From assembly GCA_023150875.1 (NCBI GenBank), contig JAKLKC010000004.1, positions 15,993 through 79,992 on the forward strand: a stretch of 64,000 nt of DNA. The letters are read 5' to 3'. Positions 1 through 10,901 of the stretch are shown in pieces (positions within the stretch are counted from its first letter, which is position 1; every line of letters starts with the position of its first letter). Both the position numbers and the translations under genes were made by a program. The notes below the pieces were generated by a model, which worked only from the letters and a program-made list of their open reading frames with translations, made no database searches and was not told where the DNA came from. Origin of the DNA: Myxococcota bacterium. Lineage in GTDB: Bacteria > Myxococcota_A > UBA796 > UBA9615 > JAKLKC01.

Positions 1-1157
1 GGGATCCCCAGTGCGCCCCGGCCCTCAGCTCCCTCTCGGACCTGTACTTCCACCGCTTCCGCGAGGCCGAGGACGCCCGGGATCCCCGGGGCATGGCCCT
101 GTGGGCGGCGGCGACGCGGCGCATGGGTCGGGGGCGCCACGACGCCCGCCTCCTCGCCCCGGGAGCCCTGGAGGTCCGTTGCGCCGCCGAGGGGGCGGTG
201 GCGCAGGTCTGCCGCTTCGAGCCCCGGGGGCGGCGCCTGGTCCTGGGCAGCGCCCACGACCTCGGCCCGGTCCCCGTCGCCGGCGTGGGCCTCCTCCCCG
301 GCAGCTACCTGCTCCTGCTCCGGGCGCCGGGCTTCGCCCCCGCGGCGGTCCCGCTGTGCGTGCGGCGGGGGGAGCCCGTGACCCTCGACGTGCGCCTCCT
401 CCCGGCCGGCGAGGTCGATCCGGAGTTGGTGTACGTGCCCGCCGGCCCCTCGGACCTGGGGGGCGATCCCGATCGCCCCGGCGACGATCCGCCCCTGCCC
501 ACCCCCGTCCCCGGTTTCCTCCTGGGACGCCTGCCGGTGACCTGCGGGCAGTACGCCCGCTACGTCGAGGACCTGGCGCGGCACGACCGCGGCGACGCCC
601 TGTACCGCCTGCCCCGGGATCCCGGGAGCGGCGCGCCCCTGTGGGACCTCGATCCCCGGGGCCGGGTGGTCTTCCCCGATCCCGCCTCGTCGCCGTTCCC
701 GTGGCGCGCCGAGCTGCCCGTGGTGGGGATCACCCGGGAGGAGGCCCGGGCCTTCGTCGCGTGGCTCGCGGGGCGCACCGGCCGCCCCCTGCGCCTGGCC
801 ACCTCCCAGGAGTGGGAGAAGGCGGGACGCGGTGCCGATGGCCGGATCCACCCCTGGGGCAACCCCTTCGACGTCTCCTTCTGCCGGATGCGCTGGACCG
901 CCCCCCGGGCGGCCCCGGCCCCGGTGGGCGCCCACCCAGAGGACTGCTCCCCCTACGGAGTCCGCGACCTCGCCGGCTCGGTGATGGAGTGGTGCGAGGG
1001 GTGGGTCGATCCCGACCGGGGCCTCGCCCCGGTGCGGGGGGGCTCTTGGGCCTCCGACGCCGCGGGCTGCCGCCTCACCCGCGTGGTGGCAGAGGTCCCC
1101 GCCCGCCGCTTCCTCACCGTCGGCTTCCGGATCGCCCAGGACCTCCCGCCGGGCTGA
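1..1157 (+). CDS. Formylglycine-generating enzyme (FGE-sulfatase/SUMF1) domain protein, 5' partial (first in-window ATG at 93; frame is open to position 3, so gene likely starts upstream)
   Basis: Translation of the frame containing the 93..1157 ORF shows FGE-sulfatase hallmarks: ...GITREEARAFVAWLAGRTGRPLRLATSQEWEKAGRG..HPWGN...YGVRDLAGSVMEWCEGW...RGGSWAS...RVGFRIA. No stop between position 3 and 93, and the upstream residues are protein-like. Confidence 0.8.
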   Translation, partial: DPQCAPALSSLSDLYFHRFREAEDARDPRGMALWAAATRRMGRGRHDARLLAPGALEVRCAAEGAVAQVCRFEPRGRRLVLGSAHDLGPVPVAGVGLLPGSYLLLLRAPGFAPAAVPLCVRRGEPVTLDVRLLPAGEVDPELVYVPAGPSDLGGDPDRPGDDPPLPTPVPGFLLGRLPVTCGQYARYVEDLARHDRGDALYRLPRDPGSGAPLWDLDPRGRVVFPDPASSPFPWRAELPVVGITREEARAFVAWLAGRTGRPLRLATSQEWEKAGRGADGRIHPWGNPFDVSFCRMRWTAPRAAPAPVGAHPEDCSPYGVRDLAGSVMEWCEGWVDPDRGLAPVRGGSWASDAAGCRLTRVVAEVPARRFLTVGFRIAQDLPPG

Positions 1158-1318
1158 TCCCGCGCCCCCGGGGATGGCGGAGCGACACTTCGGTGCGGTG
1201 CCCCCACCGTTCGATGGGGAAGACCCGGACCGGGCATGGGCGCGGTCGATGGCTCCCCTCCGCCGGGCGCGATCCCCTCCCGGAACGGCTAGAATCAAGT
1301 GAACAAAAGGGGATTACC

Positions 1319-1807
1319 ATGCACAGACGGGTCGAGTCCTGTGCGCCGTCCCTCCGCCGGGAGGACGGCTTCTCCCTGGTCGAGGTCATGGGCGCCGTCG
1401 CCCTCGTGGTGATCCTCGCCAGCCTCGCCCTGCCGGCGTTCCGCACCTTCACCGGCCGGGCGAAGCGCTCCGAGATGGTCGCCGTCTTCGCCCACTTCCG
1501 CGACGCCCAGCGCGCCTACATGGCCGAGCACGACGGGGTCTGGACCACCGACTCGTCCGCCCTCGGGTTCGACACCACCGAGCTCGCCATCGAGCCGGAC
1601 GGGATCCGGGGCCGGTACTACTACTTCACCCTGGTGGTGGACGCCCCCGTGCCCTACTCCCTCGCCACCGCCAACCTCGACGACGACGAGTCCCGGGACA
1701 TCTGGGCGATGCCCGTGTACCTCCCCGGGTTCCCCACGCTGCTGCTCTACGACGACCTCGCCGAGGTCGCCACCCCCTTCTACTGGGCGGTCTTCGATCC
1801 CGAGTGA
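1319..1807 (+). CDS. Prepilin-type N-terminal cleavage/methylation domain protein (type IV pilin / pseudopilin-like)
   Basis: ATG at 1319 preceded by aaaagggg RBS-like purine run. N-terminus ...REDGFSLVEVMGAVALVVILASLALPAF carries the canonical G|FSLVE prepilin peptidase motif plus a hydrophobic helix. Confidence 0.8.
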   Translation: MHRRVESCAPSLRREDGFSLVEVMGAVALVVILASLALPAFRTFTGRAKRSEMVAVFAHFRDAQRAYMAEHDGVWTTDSSALGFDTTELAIEPDGIRGRYYYFTLVVDAPVPYSLATANLDDDESRDIWAMPVYLPGFPTLLLYDDLAEVATPFYWAVFDPE

Positions 1808-3522
1808 GGGAGAGGCCCTCCCCGCTCGCGGGGAGCGGTGACCCGGCTGAAGTCGGGGTCCACCACCGCCACCATCCTCCCCTTGTGGTCGAGCAGGGTG
1901 GCGCGGCTCACCGAGAACGAGTCCAGGCGCTCCCGGACCCCCGCCAGGGCGGCCCGGCGTCCCTCCGGTCCGAGGGCGTCCCACTGGGCGCCGTCCACCA
2001 CCGCCAGCAGCATCGCGGGTTCGTCCCCCTGGATCACCCCGCTGGACACCAGCCCGCCGAAGTGGGCGAGCTGCTCGGGAGAGAGGCGCTCGGGCACCGG
2101 TCCCATGCTCCCCCCGCGCCAGGAGAGGACCACCAGGATCACCGCGGCGAGCAGGCCGAGGGTCCCCGAGACGTAGGGGTTGCGCAGAGCCCGGCGCACG
2201 GCGGGGGGGGGAGGCGCGGCCGCGTCGATCGAGACGGCGGTGAACTCTCCCCGGCGGGGCGCCCGATCCCGGGTGCGGAAGGCCGCGGGGTCGTAACGGA
2301 CCGACGGGCCGTGGGTGGCGCGGAAGTAGTCCTCGGGCACCTGGAGCGCCGGGAAGGCCGCGACCGGCGCGTCGCCCGCCAGGGCGTTGAAGCGGTCGCG
2401 GACGGGGAGAGCGACCTCGAGGAGGCCCCGCTGGGCCGCGGCCACCGCGTCGGGCCCCGAGGGGTTCTCCGCCCGCCGCACCGCCCCCCGGACCGCCGCC
2501 TCCTTGAAGACCTTCTCCGCGGTCTGGAGGTTGGCGCGGATGGCCTCCGAGAGGCGTTCCTGGACGGCGGGGGCCAGGGTGTCGAAGGACTGGAGGCGCA
2601 TACCGCAGTAGCTCAGGGCCACCCGCACCGCCAGCAGCAGCAGGACGTCGTCCTCCTCCTCGGCGTGGCTGGTCAGCGACGCCGCGTCGAATCCCCCCAG
2701 GAGCTCCCGCTCCCGGGGGGACAGGGCGGCGACGGCCCCCCGGATCCACTCCGGCGGCATGGGCCCCGCCGGCTCCTCCTCGCCCAGGGCGCGCCGGGAC
2801 TGGAGGAGCACGTCCACCAGCCGCGGGACTCCATCGAAGAGGCTCGGGAGGTCCCGCGTGCCCCGGCGCGCCATGGCGCCCAGGCGCTCCCGGTCGGCCT
2901 GCCCCATGTCCAGGAAGCGCACGACGACGGAGTCCCCGGACGCCCGCAACACCTCGACGCGGGAGGAGACGCCGCCTCCGGCACCGAGCTCGATGGTCAG
3001 CCGGCCCGTCTCGCCCGCGGGAAGGGAGGCCAGCATGCGCAGGGCGGCGCCCCCGGGGCCCACGTCGATGGTGGCACCGGCGAGGGTGCGGCCGGCGACC
3101 TCCAGCACTGCGGGGCGCGCGATCCGCAGGCGGGGCTCCCGGGCACTGGCGAGGCCCAGGTGGTGGAGGAGGCGGGCCCTCAGCTCCTCGGTGCCGGCGG
3201 CGACCGAGAGGGTCTCCCGTCCCCCAGCCGCCGACACCGCCCCGGCGTCCAGGGCGAGCTCAGGCAGGTCCAGCACCACCGTGGGCGCCAGGGCCGAAGT
3301 GGTCTGGCAGGCCGCCAGCACCGCCGCGGCCGACGGCCCGACCTCGCCGATGACCACCAGGTCCGGCCCGTACGCCGCGACGGAGTCGGCCAGTCCCACC
3401 ACGCTCCGCTGCCATTGGAGCACCAGGGAGCGCCGGTCCAGGGCGGAGGCCACCAGGAACCAGGAGAACCCCTCCTCGGAGACGACCAGGACCTTTCGCT
3501 TGTCCATCGCTCTTTCCGTCAC
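1780..3522 (-). CDS. Hypothetical protein with degenerate receiver-like N-terminus, putative PilZ-like segment and a C-proximal transmembrane helix
   Basis: 580-aa ORF with balanced composition (L/V/A/E/D rich, unlike the R/P/G phantom frames). It contains REPRLRIAR..(17 aa)..DVGPGG resembling PilZ RxxxR/DxSxGG, and a TM segment LGLLAAVILVVLSW. Overlaps the pilin gene end by ~27 bp. Confidence 0.55.
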   Translation of the reverse strand: MTERAMDKRKVLVVSEEGFSWFLVASALDRRSLVLQWQRSVVGLADSVAAYGPDLVVIGEVGPSAAAVLAACQTTSALAPTVVLDLPELALDAGAVSAAGGRETLSVAAGTEELRARLLHHLGLASAREPRLRIARPAVLEVAGRTLAGATIDVGPGGAALRMLASLPAGETGRLTIELGAGGGVSSRVEVLRASGDSVVVRFLDMGQADRERLGAMARRGTRDLPSLFDGVPRLVDVLLQSRRALGEEEPAGPMPPEWIRGAVAALSPRERELLGGFDAASLTSHAEEEDDVLLLLAVRVALSYCGMRLQSFDTLAPAVQERLSEAIRANLQTAEKVFKEAAVRGAVRRAENPSGPDAVAAAQRGLLEVALPVRDRFNALAGDAPVAAFPALQVPEDYFRATHGPSVRYDPAAFRTRDRAPRRGEFTAVSIDAAAPPPPAVRRALRNPYVSGTLGLLAAVILVVLSWRGGSMGPVPERLSPEQLAHFGGLVSSGVIQGDEPAMLLAVVDGAQWDALGPEGRRAALAGVRERLDSFSVSRATLLDHKGRMVAVVDPDFSRVTAPRERGGPLPHSGSKTAQ

Positions 3523-3620
3523 GGGGAAGCCATGCGGCCCATGCAGCCGCGCCGCACCTTCATCCTAGCCGGTGCATCCCCCGATCCGCGACTCCTTCTT
3601 CACCTCCCCCCGGCCGTGCC

Positions 3621-4316
3621 CTACCCCCCCTTCCCCAGACTCCCGGCCCGGGGGTGGCGAATGTCGCGGCCCTGCACCAGGAAGACCACCTTCTCCGCCA
3701 GGTTGGTGGCGTGATCGGCGATCCGCTCCAGGTGCTTGGCGGCGAAGATCTGGGTGGTGAGTGCTTCGTTGTCCGCCCCCTCCTGGCCCATGCGCGCCAC
3801 CAGGTCGCGGAAGATCCGGGCGTTCTCCTCGTCCACGGCGTCGTCCTCGCGGATCACCCGCAGGGCCGCCGCGGCGTCCTCCCGCAGCAGGGCGTCCAGG
3901 GCCTGGGCGAGCATCGCCCGGGCCGAGTCCCCCAGCCGCGCCAGGCCCGGGTGGGGCAGCACGGCGTGGCCCTCCATGTCCATGGCCCGGTGCACGATGT
4001 TGATGCCGATGTCCCCCACCCGCTCCAGGTCGGTGGTCGCCCGGAGGCTGACGGTCAGGAAGCGGAGGTCCACCCCCACGGGCTGGCGGATCGCCAGGAT
4101 CCGGTGCACCAGGTCGTCGATCTCCATCTCGAGCTGGTCCACGCGCTCCTCCCGGGCCAGGGCCTCCCGGGCCAGGTCCTGATCGCGGTGGAGCAGGGCC
4201 GCGAGGGAGGCGGAGAGAAGCGACTCCACCTCGCCGCCCATGGTGGCCAGCAGCCTCCGGACTCCCGCCAGCTCGCGGTCGTACTCGTGGCTCGTGTGGG
4301 GCGCGCGGCCGGTCAT
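3621..4316 (-). CDS. phoU: Phosphate signalling complex protein PhoU
   Basis: 231 aa, duplicated PhoU helical-repeat signature (..[22 protein letters not shown].. / ..[33 protein letters not shown]). Start overlaps pstB stop (4313/4316), typical for pstB-phoU. Confidence 0.9.
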   Translation of the reverse strand: MTGRAPHTSHEYDRELAGVRRLLATMGGEVESLLSASLAALLHRDQDLAREALAREERVDQLEMEIDDLVHRILAIRQPVGVDLRFLTVSLRATTDLERVGDIGINIVHRAMDMEGHAVLPHPGLARLGDSARAMLAQALDALLREDAAAALRVIREDDAVDEENARIFRDLVARMGQEGADNEALTTQIFAAKHLERIADHATNLAEKVVFLVQGRDIRHPRAGSLGKGG

Positions 4317-5149
4317 CCGAACCTCCCGGTGATGTACTCCTCCGTCCGACTCTCCCCGGGGTTGGTGAAGAGAGCCTGGGTGGGCGCGAACTCGACCAGC
4401 TCACCCATGTAGAAGAAGGCAGTGTAATCGCTCACGCGGGCCGCCTGCTGGAGATTGTGGGTGACGATGACGATCGTGTACCGGGACTTGAGGGAGGAGA
4501 TCAGGTCCTCGATCCGCGCGGTGGCGATGGGGTCCAGGGCCGAGGCGGGCTCGTCCATCAGGATGATCTCGGGGCGGATCGCCATCGCCCGGGCGATGCA
4601 CAGGCGCTGGGCCTGCCCTCCCGAGAGGCCCATGGCGCTGTCGTGCATCCGGTCCTTCACCTCGTCCCAGAGCCCCGCGCCCACCAGGCTCTCCTCGATC
4701 CTCCGGGCGATCTCGGACCGGTCCCGCACGCCCGCGATCCGCAGGCCGTAGGCGACGTTCTCGTATATCGACTTGGGGAAGGGGGTCGAGCGCTGGAAGA
4801 CCATCCCTACCCGCCGCCGCAGCGCCACGGCGTCGGTGTCCCGGGCGTAGATGTCCTGGTCGTACAGGAAGACCCGCCCCTCGATGGAGATCCCCTCGAT
4901 CCCGTCGTTCATGCGGTTGAACAGGCGCAGGAAGGTCGACTTGCCGCAGCCCGAGGGACCGATCAGGGCGGTGACCCGGTGCTCGGGGACCTTCAAGGAC
5001 ACGCCCTTGATGGCGGCGTTGCGCCCGTACCGCACCGTCACGCCCTGGGCCGCGAGGTGGGTGCGCTCCGGCCCCCGCGCGCCCGGCTCTCCCCCCTCGG
5101 CGCGGGGGACCGCGGCTCCGAAGTCGATACCGTTCGTCGCAAGACTCAT
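4313..5149 (-). CDS. pstB: Phosphate ABC transporter ATP-binding protein PstB
   Basis: Walker [13 protein letters not shown] signature [14 protein letters not shown], Walker [13 protein letters not shown]-loop VTHN, and a PstB-like C-terminus. Confidence 0.95.
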   Translation of the reverse strand: MSLATNGIDFGAAVPRAEGGEPGARGPERTHLAAQGVTVRYGRNAAIKGVSLKVPEHRVTALIGPSGCGKSTFLRLFNRMNDGIEGISIEGRVFLYDQDIYARDTDAVALRRRVGMVFQRSTPFPKSIYENVAYGLRIAGVRDRSEIARRIEESLVGAGLWDEVKDRMHDSAMGLSGGQAQRLCIARAMAIRPEIILMDEPASALDPIATARIEDLISSLKSRYTIVIVTHNLQQAARVSDYTAFFYMGELVEFAPTQALFTNPGESRTEEYITGRFG

Positions 5150-5156
5150 GGGCGTC

Positions 5157-6092
5157 TCACCTCCGGATGGCCCGCCGCAGCCGGACCCGCAGGAGGACCG
5201 CGGCGAGGTTGAGGAGGAAGGTCAGGGCGAGCAGGGCCAGCACCGTGGCGAACAGCAGGGGGCGGGTCTTCTCGACGTCCGGGGACTGGGTCGCCAGCAC
5301 GTAGACGTGGTAGCCCATGTGCATGAACTGGTCGTTGACCCGGGTGGGCAGCCGGGGCAGGTAGTAGGCCGCGCCGGTGAACAGGATGGGCGCCACCTCC
5401 CCCGCCCCGCGGCTGACCGCGAGGATCCCCCCGGTGAGGATCCCCGGCACCGCCTGGGGCAGCACCACCCGCAGGACGGTCTGGAGGCGCGTGGCCCCGA
5501 GGGCCAGGCTCGCCCGCCGGTGGTCGTCCGGGACCGCCCGCAGCGCCTCCTCGGTGGCGACGATGACCACGGGCAGGGTGAGCAGGGCCATGGTGAGGGC
5601 GGCCCACAGGATCCCCGGCTTCCCGTAGACCGGCTGGCCCCCGTAAAGGAACTCGTCCAGGCCGCCGCCGACGAAGTGCACGAAGAAGCCGAGCCCGAAG
5701 AGGCCGAAGACGATGGAGGGTACCCCGGCGAGGTTGTGGACCGCGAGGCGGATCGCCCGGGTGCGCAGGGCGCCGGGGCGGGCGTACTCGTGGAGCCAGA
5801 TCGCCGTGGTCACCCCCAGGGGGATCACCGCCACGGTCATCACCAGCACCAGGAAGCTGGTGCCGAAGATCGCCGGGAAGATCCCCCCCTCGCTCATGCC
5901 GTTCCGGGGCGCGGTGGTGAGGAACTCCCAGCTCAGCCGCTCCCAGCCCCCGATCCCCACCATGCCCAGGATGATCCCGAGCATCGCCACGATGAGGAAC
6001 GCGCACGCGGCGGCGAGGGCCGGCACCACCCGATCCCGGGCCCCCCGGGGGGCGGCGAGGGAGGGGAGCGCGGGGGAGGGAGGGGCGCTCAC
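5157..6092 (-). CDS. pstA: Phosphate ABC transporter permease PstA
   Basis: C-terminal 311 codons of the 573-aa track ORF. GTG at 6092 overlaps the pstC TGA (GTGA). Multi-TM permease with the ABC-permease EAA-like loop ...[34 protein letters not shown]. The upstream part of the track ORF overlaps pstC and is GC-frame noise. Confidence 0.9.
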   Translation of the reverse strand: MSAPPSPALPSLAAPRGARDRVVPALAAACAFLIVAMLGIILGMVGIGGWERLSWEFLTTAPRNGMSEGGIFPAIFGTSFLVLVMTVAVIPLGVTTAIWLHEYARPGALRTRAIRLAVHNLAGVPSIVFGLFGLGFFVHFVGGGLDEFLYGGQPVYGKPGILWAALTMALLTLPVVIVATEEALRAVPDDHRRASLALGATRLQTVLRVVLPQAVPGILTGGILAVSRGAGEVAPILFTGAAYYLPRLPTRVNDQFMHMGYHVYVLATQSPDVEKTRPLLFATVLALLALTFLLNLAAVLLRVRLRRAIRR

Positions 6093-7015
6093 GCGAGCCC
6101 CGCCAGCCGGCGGCGCAGGCGGGCCACCCACCACTCCGCGAAGAGGTTCAGGCCGAAGGTGATGACGAAGAGCATCGCCCCCAGGAAGAAGAGCACGGCG
6201 TAGTGGGCGCCGCCGAAGACCACCTCCGCCAGCTCGGCGGCGATGGTGGCGGTGAGGGTCCGGACGCTCACCGTCGGGTCCAGGCTCAGGATCGCCGCGT
6301 TGCCCGAGGCCATCAGCACGATCATCGTCTCGCCGATGGCGCGGCCCAGGCCGAGGATCAGGGCGGCGAGGATCCCCGGGAGGGCCGAGGGCACCACCAC
6401 CGTCAGGGCGACCTGGCTGGGCCGCGCGCCCAGGGCCAGGGCGGCGTCCCGGTAGGCGCGGGGCACCGCACGGAGGGCGTCTTCGGCCACCGTGAAGACC
6501 ACCGGCACCACCGCCAGCCCCAGGGCGAGGCCCGCCACCACCCCGTTGAGCCGGTACTGCAGGCCGAACACGTCCTGCACCCAGCTCGCCATGACCAGCA
6601 GGGCGAAGAAGCCCAGCACCACCGAGGGGATCCCGGCGAGCAGCTCGATGACCGGCTTCAGGAACTCCCGGAGCCGGGGCGGCGCGAACTCCGACGTGTA
6701 GACCGCCGCGCCGAGGGACACGGGGGCGGCGAAGGCCAGGGCGACGGCGGTGACCTTCAGGGAGCCCACCAGCAGGGGCCACACCCCGTAGCGGGGGTCC
6801 TCGCTCACCGGCTGCCAGGTGCTGCGGGGGGCTTCCCCGGCGAGGGCGAAGAAGCGGTCGGGGCGGGCCTCCTCCCACACCGCGGGATCGGTGAGCAGGG
6901 GCAGGGCCTCCCGGGCGACGAAGACGAAGATCAGCCCGATGGCCACCACCACCGTCCCCGCCACCGCCGCGACGGCCCCCTCGGCGAGGGTCTCGAGGCG
7001 CCTACGGCGAGGCAT
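6089..7015 (-). CDS. pstC: Phosphate ABC transporter permease PstC
   Basis: 308 aa, six TM segments, EAA loop ...VAEDALRAVPRAYRDAALALGARPSQVALTVVVP. Overlaps pstS stop and pstA start. Confidence 0.9.
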   Translation of the reverse strand: MPRRRRLETLAEGAVAAVAGTVVVAIGLIFVFVAREALPLLTDPAVWEEARPDRFFALAGEAPRSTWQPVSEDPRYGVWPLLVGSLKVTAVALAFAAPVSLGAAVYTSEFAPPRLREFLKPVIELLAGIPSVVLGFFALLVMASWVQDVFGLQYRLNGVVAGLALGLAVVPVVFTVAEDALRAVPRAYRDAALALGARPSQVALTVVVPSALPGILAALILGLGRAIGETMIVLMASGNAAILSLDPTVSVRTLTATIAAELAEVVFGGAHYAVLFFLGAMLFVITFGLNLFAEWWVARLRRRLAGLA

Positions 7016-7950
7016 CGGTCCCCGGGGAGGCCGCTCCCCCCTGCGCCGGGGCCTCGGGGGGGGCGGCGGCCCCCACCCGCAGCGGGTAGTACCCGACCTC
7101 CGAGACCACCTTCTGGCCCTCGGGGCTCAGGGCGTAGTCGCGGAAGGCCGCGGCCAGCCCGGAGGGCGCGCCGGCGGTGTACCAGTAAAGGCTGCGGCTC
7201 AGGGGGTAGCGCCCGCTCTCGACCTCCTCCAGGCGGGCGGCGACGGCCTCGCCACCCTTCTCCTTGGAGATCGGCACCAGGCGGATCCCCCGGGCGTAGG
7301 CGACGCCGCCGTAGCCGATCCCGTTCGGGTCCTTGGCGACGGCGTCGGCGACGGCGGCGGTGCCGGGGAGGGTCTGGACCTCCGGGGCGAAGTCGCCCTC
7401 CTCCAGCACGTGCTCCTTGAAGTAGCCGTACGTGCCGGAGCTGTTCTCGCGCCCGTAGAGCACCACCTTGGCGTCGGGGCCACCGACCTCCTTCCAGCTC
7501 TTCACCTGGCCCAGGTAGAGGGCCCGCAGGTCCTCCACCGACAGGGACGGAACGGGGTTGGACTCGTGCACGTACACGGCGAGGCCATCCAGGGCGACGG
7601 GGATCTCCACCGGATCCACCCCCCGCTTCTCCTTCACCGCCACCCTCTCGCTCTCCTTCATCGCCCGGCTCGCCTGGCAGATGTCGGTGGTGCCGTTGAT
7701 GAGGGCCGAGATCCCGGTGCCCGAGCCGCCACCGGTGACCTGGACGGTCGCCTCGGGGTGCGCCGCCATGTACAGCTCCGCCCACCGCTGCCCGAGCTGG
7801 ACCAGGGTGTCCGAGCCCTTGACGGTGATGGACGTCGTGGCGCCCGCGGCGGCGCCCTCGGGCTCGGGGGGACGCGCGCAGGCCGCCAGCAGGCCCAGGG
7901 CCAGGGCGGCGATCCACCGGGTCCGGGGGAGGTGATCGGTCGGCTTCATG
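7002..7950 (-). CDS. pstS: Phosphate ABC transporter substrate-binding protein PstS
   Basis: PstS-like periplasmic binding protein (..ITVKGSDTLVQLGQRWAELY..TGGGSGTGISALINGTTDICQASRAMKESE..). Start taken at the ATG (MKPTDH) preceded by ggaggt RBS, downstream of the candidate Pho box, rather than the upstream in-frame start at 8000. Confidence 0.85.
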
Positions 7951-8004
7951 GGGACCTCCGGGGGGGGGCGGCCCGCCAGCGGGCGGAGCGGCGCCACCAT
8001 AGGC

Positions 8005-8032
8005 CCGTCATGTGACAGTTCGTTGACGAAGT
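8005..8032 (-). promoter_or_regulatory. Candidate Pho box (PhoB binding site) in the pstS promoter
   Basis: Minus-strand reading TTCGTCAACGAACTGTCACATGAC contains CTGTCAC, matching the enterobacterial pho-box half-site CTGTCAT, in a direct-repeat arrangement with ~11 bp periodicity ~55 bp upstream of the pstS start. Confidence 0.35.
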
Positions 8033-8052
8033 CAGGTCCTTACCGCGAACTC

Positions 8053-9831
8053 TCACGCGACCGCGGGGGGTGCCGCCCCACCCGCCCGCGGCAGGTCGAA
8101 GTGGAAGGTCGATCCCTTGCCCACGGTGCTCTCGACGCCGAGGGACCCGCCCTGGGCGAGGACCAGGTGCTTGACGATGGCCAGCCCGAGCCCGGTCCCT
8201 CCTCCGGAGCCCCGGCGCTCCCGGCCCCGCTCCACCCGGTAGAAACGCTCGAAGATCCGGTCGAGGTGCTCCTCGGGGATCCCGATCCCGGTGTCGGAGA
8301 CCGCCACCCGCACCGCGCCTTCCCGGACCCGGGCGCTCACGGTGACCTCCCCCCCCTCGCCGGTGTGGTCCAGGGCGTTGCCCAGCAGGTTGGTGAGCAC
8401 GTGGACCACGGCCCGGCGATCGCCCTGGGGCACGGCGTCGCCGGCGAGGTCCACCACCAGCCGCACCGATCCCGCCTCGGCCCGGGGGCGCACCGCGTCC
8501 AGGGCCTCCTCGACGATGGGGCCGAGGCGCTGGGCCACCGCGTCCATGCGGAGCTCACCGGACTCGATCTTCGCCAGGTCCAGCAGGTCGTCCACCAGGG
8601 CGCTGAGCCTGCGGGCCTGGCGGTGGATGCGCTCGATGAACGAGCGGGCGACCTGGCGGTCCTGGAGGGCGCCGTCCAGCAGCGTCTCGCCGAAGCCCTG
8701 GATCGCCGTCAGCGGCGTCCGAAGCTCGTGGGAGACGTTGGCGACGAGGTCCCGGCGGAGCTTCTCGACCCTCTTCAGCTCCGAGATGTCGTGGAAGACC
8801 GCCACGACCCCCCGCTCGGCCCCGAGGCCGAAGGGGGCGCAGGCGAAGGCGAGGTGGCGGCCCCGGGGTCCCCCCACACGGACCTCCTCGGGGTCGCTCG
8901 GCCTCCCCGTCCGGGCCACCCGCTCCAGGGCCGAGAGCAGCTCGGGGACCCGGATCAGGGCCTCGGCGTCGTCGCCGGCCTGGACGGGAAGGCGAGGAAA
9001 CATGCGTCGAAACGCGGAGTTGGCGAGGGTGATCTCCCGGTGCGGGCCCACGGCCAGGACCGCCTCCGCCATGCCCTCCAGGATGGCCTCCAGCAGGTTC
9101 CGCTCCCGCACCAGCTCCCCGTGGCGCACCTCGAGCTGCCCCGCGAGCTGGTTGAAGGCCCGGGCGAGGTCCCCCAGCTCGTCGGCCCGCTCCGTGCCCG
9201 GGGAGCGGGCGCCGGAGTCCCCCGCCGAGAGGCGGCGGGTGGCGGCGGTGAGGTCCGCCACCAGCCGCCCGAGGGGCTGGCCGAGCCGCGCCCCCACCCC
9301 GCCGGCGGCGACGGTGGCCAGCGCCGCCAGGGCGGCGAGGACGCCGGTGATGCCCCGGATCCGCGCCCGCACCCGGGCCAGGGGCTCCTGGAGCCGGACG
9401 GCCCCTCCCCCGCCGGGGAGGGGCGCTGCCGCGAAGGCCGCCTCCTCTCCCCGCCCGTCGACACCCCGCCAGGCCGCCGCCCGCCCCGCGGCGAGGGACT
9501 GGCGCACCTCCTCGCGGCGGGGGGAGCCGGGTCCCGGGACGCCGCTCCCCGGCTCCTCCCCCGCCGCGCCCAGGACCTCGCCCTCGGCGTCCAGCAGGAC
9601 GATCCGGACGCCCAGCGCGGCGCCCAGCCGGTCCGCGGCCTCCCGGTCCGGCCCCCCGGTCGCCATCGCCGCGGCGACCGCCCGGGCCTCCCGCTCCAGC
9701 CGCTCCAGGAGCGCGTCCTCGGCCGCCCCGGTCGCCAGCAGGTGGTAGCTGGACAGGCCGAAGGCCACCACCGCCGCGGCGCCCGCCAGGAACGCCAGCA
9801 GCAGCCTCCCCCGGAAGCTCATCCCCCCCAT
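8053..9831 (-). CDS. phoR: Phosphate regulon sensor histidine kinase PhoR-like
   Basis: N-terminal TM helices, HAMP-like segment, H-box VANVSHELRTPLTAIQGFGETL, and a HATPase_c C-terminus (..NLLGNALDHT..GTGLGLAIVKHLV..). Lies directly downstream of the phoB-like gene. Confidence 0.85.
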   Translation of the reverse strand: MGGMSFRGRLLLAFLAGAAAVVAFGLSSYHLLATGAAEDALLERLEREARAVAAAMATGGPDREAADRLGAALGVRIVLLDAEGEVLGAAGEEPGSGVPGPGSPRREEVRQSLAAGRAAAWRGVDGRGEEAAFAAAPLPGGGGAVRLQEPLARVRARIRGITGVLAALAALATVAAGGVGARLGQPLGRLVADLTAATRRLSAGDSGARSPGTERADELGDLARAFNQLAGQLEVRHGELVRERNLLEAILEGMAEAVLAVGPHREITLANSAFRRMFPRLPVQAGDDAEALIRVPELLSALERVARTGRPSDPEEVRVGGPRGRHLAFACAPFGLGAERGVVAVFHDISELKRVEKLRRDLVANVSHELRTPLTAIQGFGETLLDGALQDRQVARSFIERIHRQARRLSALVDDLLDLAKIESGELRMDAVAQRLGPIVEEALDAVRPRAEAGSVRLVVDLAGDAVPQGDRRAVVHVLTNLLGNALDHTGEGGEVTVSARVREGAVRVAVSDTGIGIPEEHLDRIFERFYRVERGRERRGSGGGTGLGLAIVKHLVLAQGGSLGVESTVGKGSTFHFDLPRAGGAAPPAVA

Positions 9832-9913
9832 GCCGCCCTCCCTCCCGGGGCGCGCCCGCCCCGCCCCCCCGGCCGCGCTCCACCCGGGCCGGGTCGTGCC
9901 GCAGGGGGGCGGA

Positions 9914-10618
<705 letters not shown>

Positions 10619-10901
10619 CGTGGGATCCTCCCCGCCCTCCCGGCGGGCTCGCCCGGTGCGGGCCGCCGGGGCGCGGACGGCGATCCGACATACCCGAGCC
10701 CGGGGAGGGCCGCAACCGGCGTCACCGCATCGACACGCGCGTCACGAAGTCGTGTCCGGGCGGGGCGGAGCGCCCTCCCCGGGGCGCCCCGCGATCGGGC
10801 CCATCCGTGCCCTTGCGGGCGCTCCACGAACGGGGTACAAACGGCGCCGTTCCGGGCGGCGTGCCACCGCACCCCACCCGCGGGGAGGTTCGAAAGTTCC
10901 C

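Noticed and set aside
11-1807. 598-aa plus-strand ORF at the window start
   Set aside because: Pro/Arg/Gly-rich nonsense for its first ~430 codons. It is an alternative frame of the FGE-domain gene, and only its last 162 codons (from ATG 1319) form the genuine pilin-like gene.
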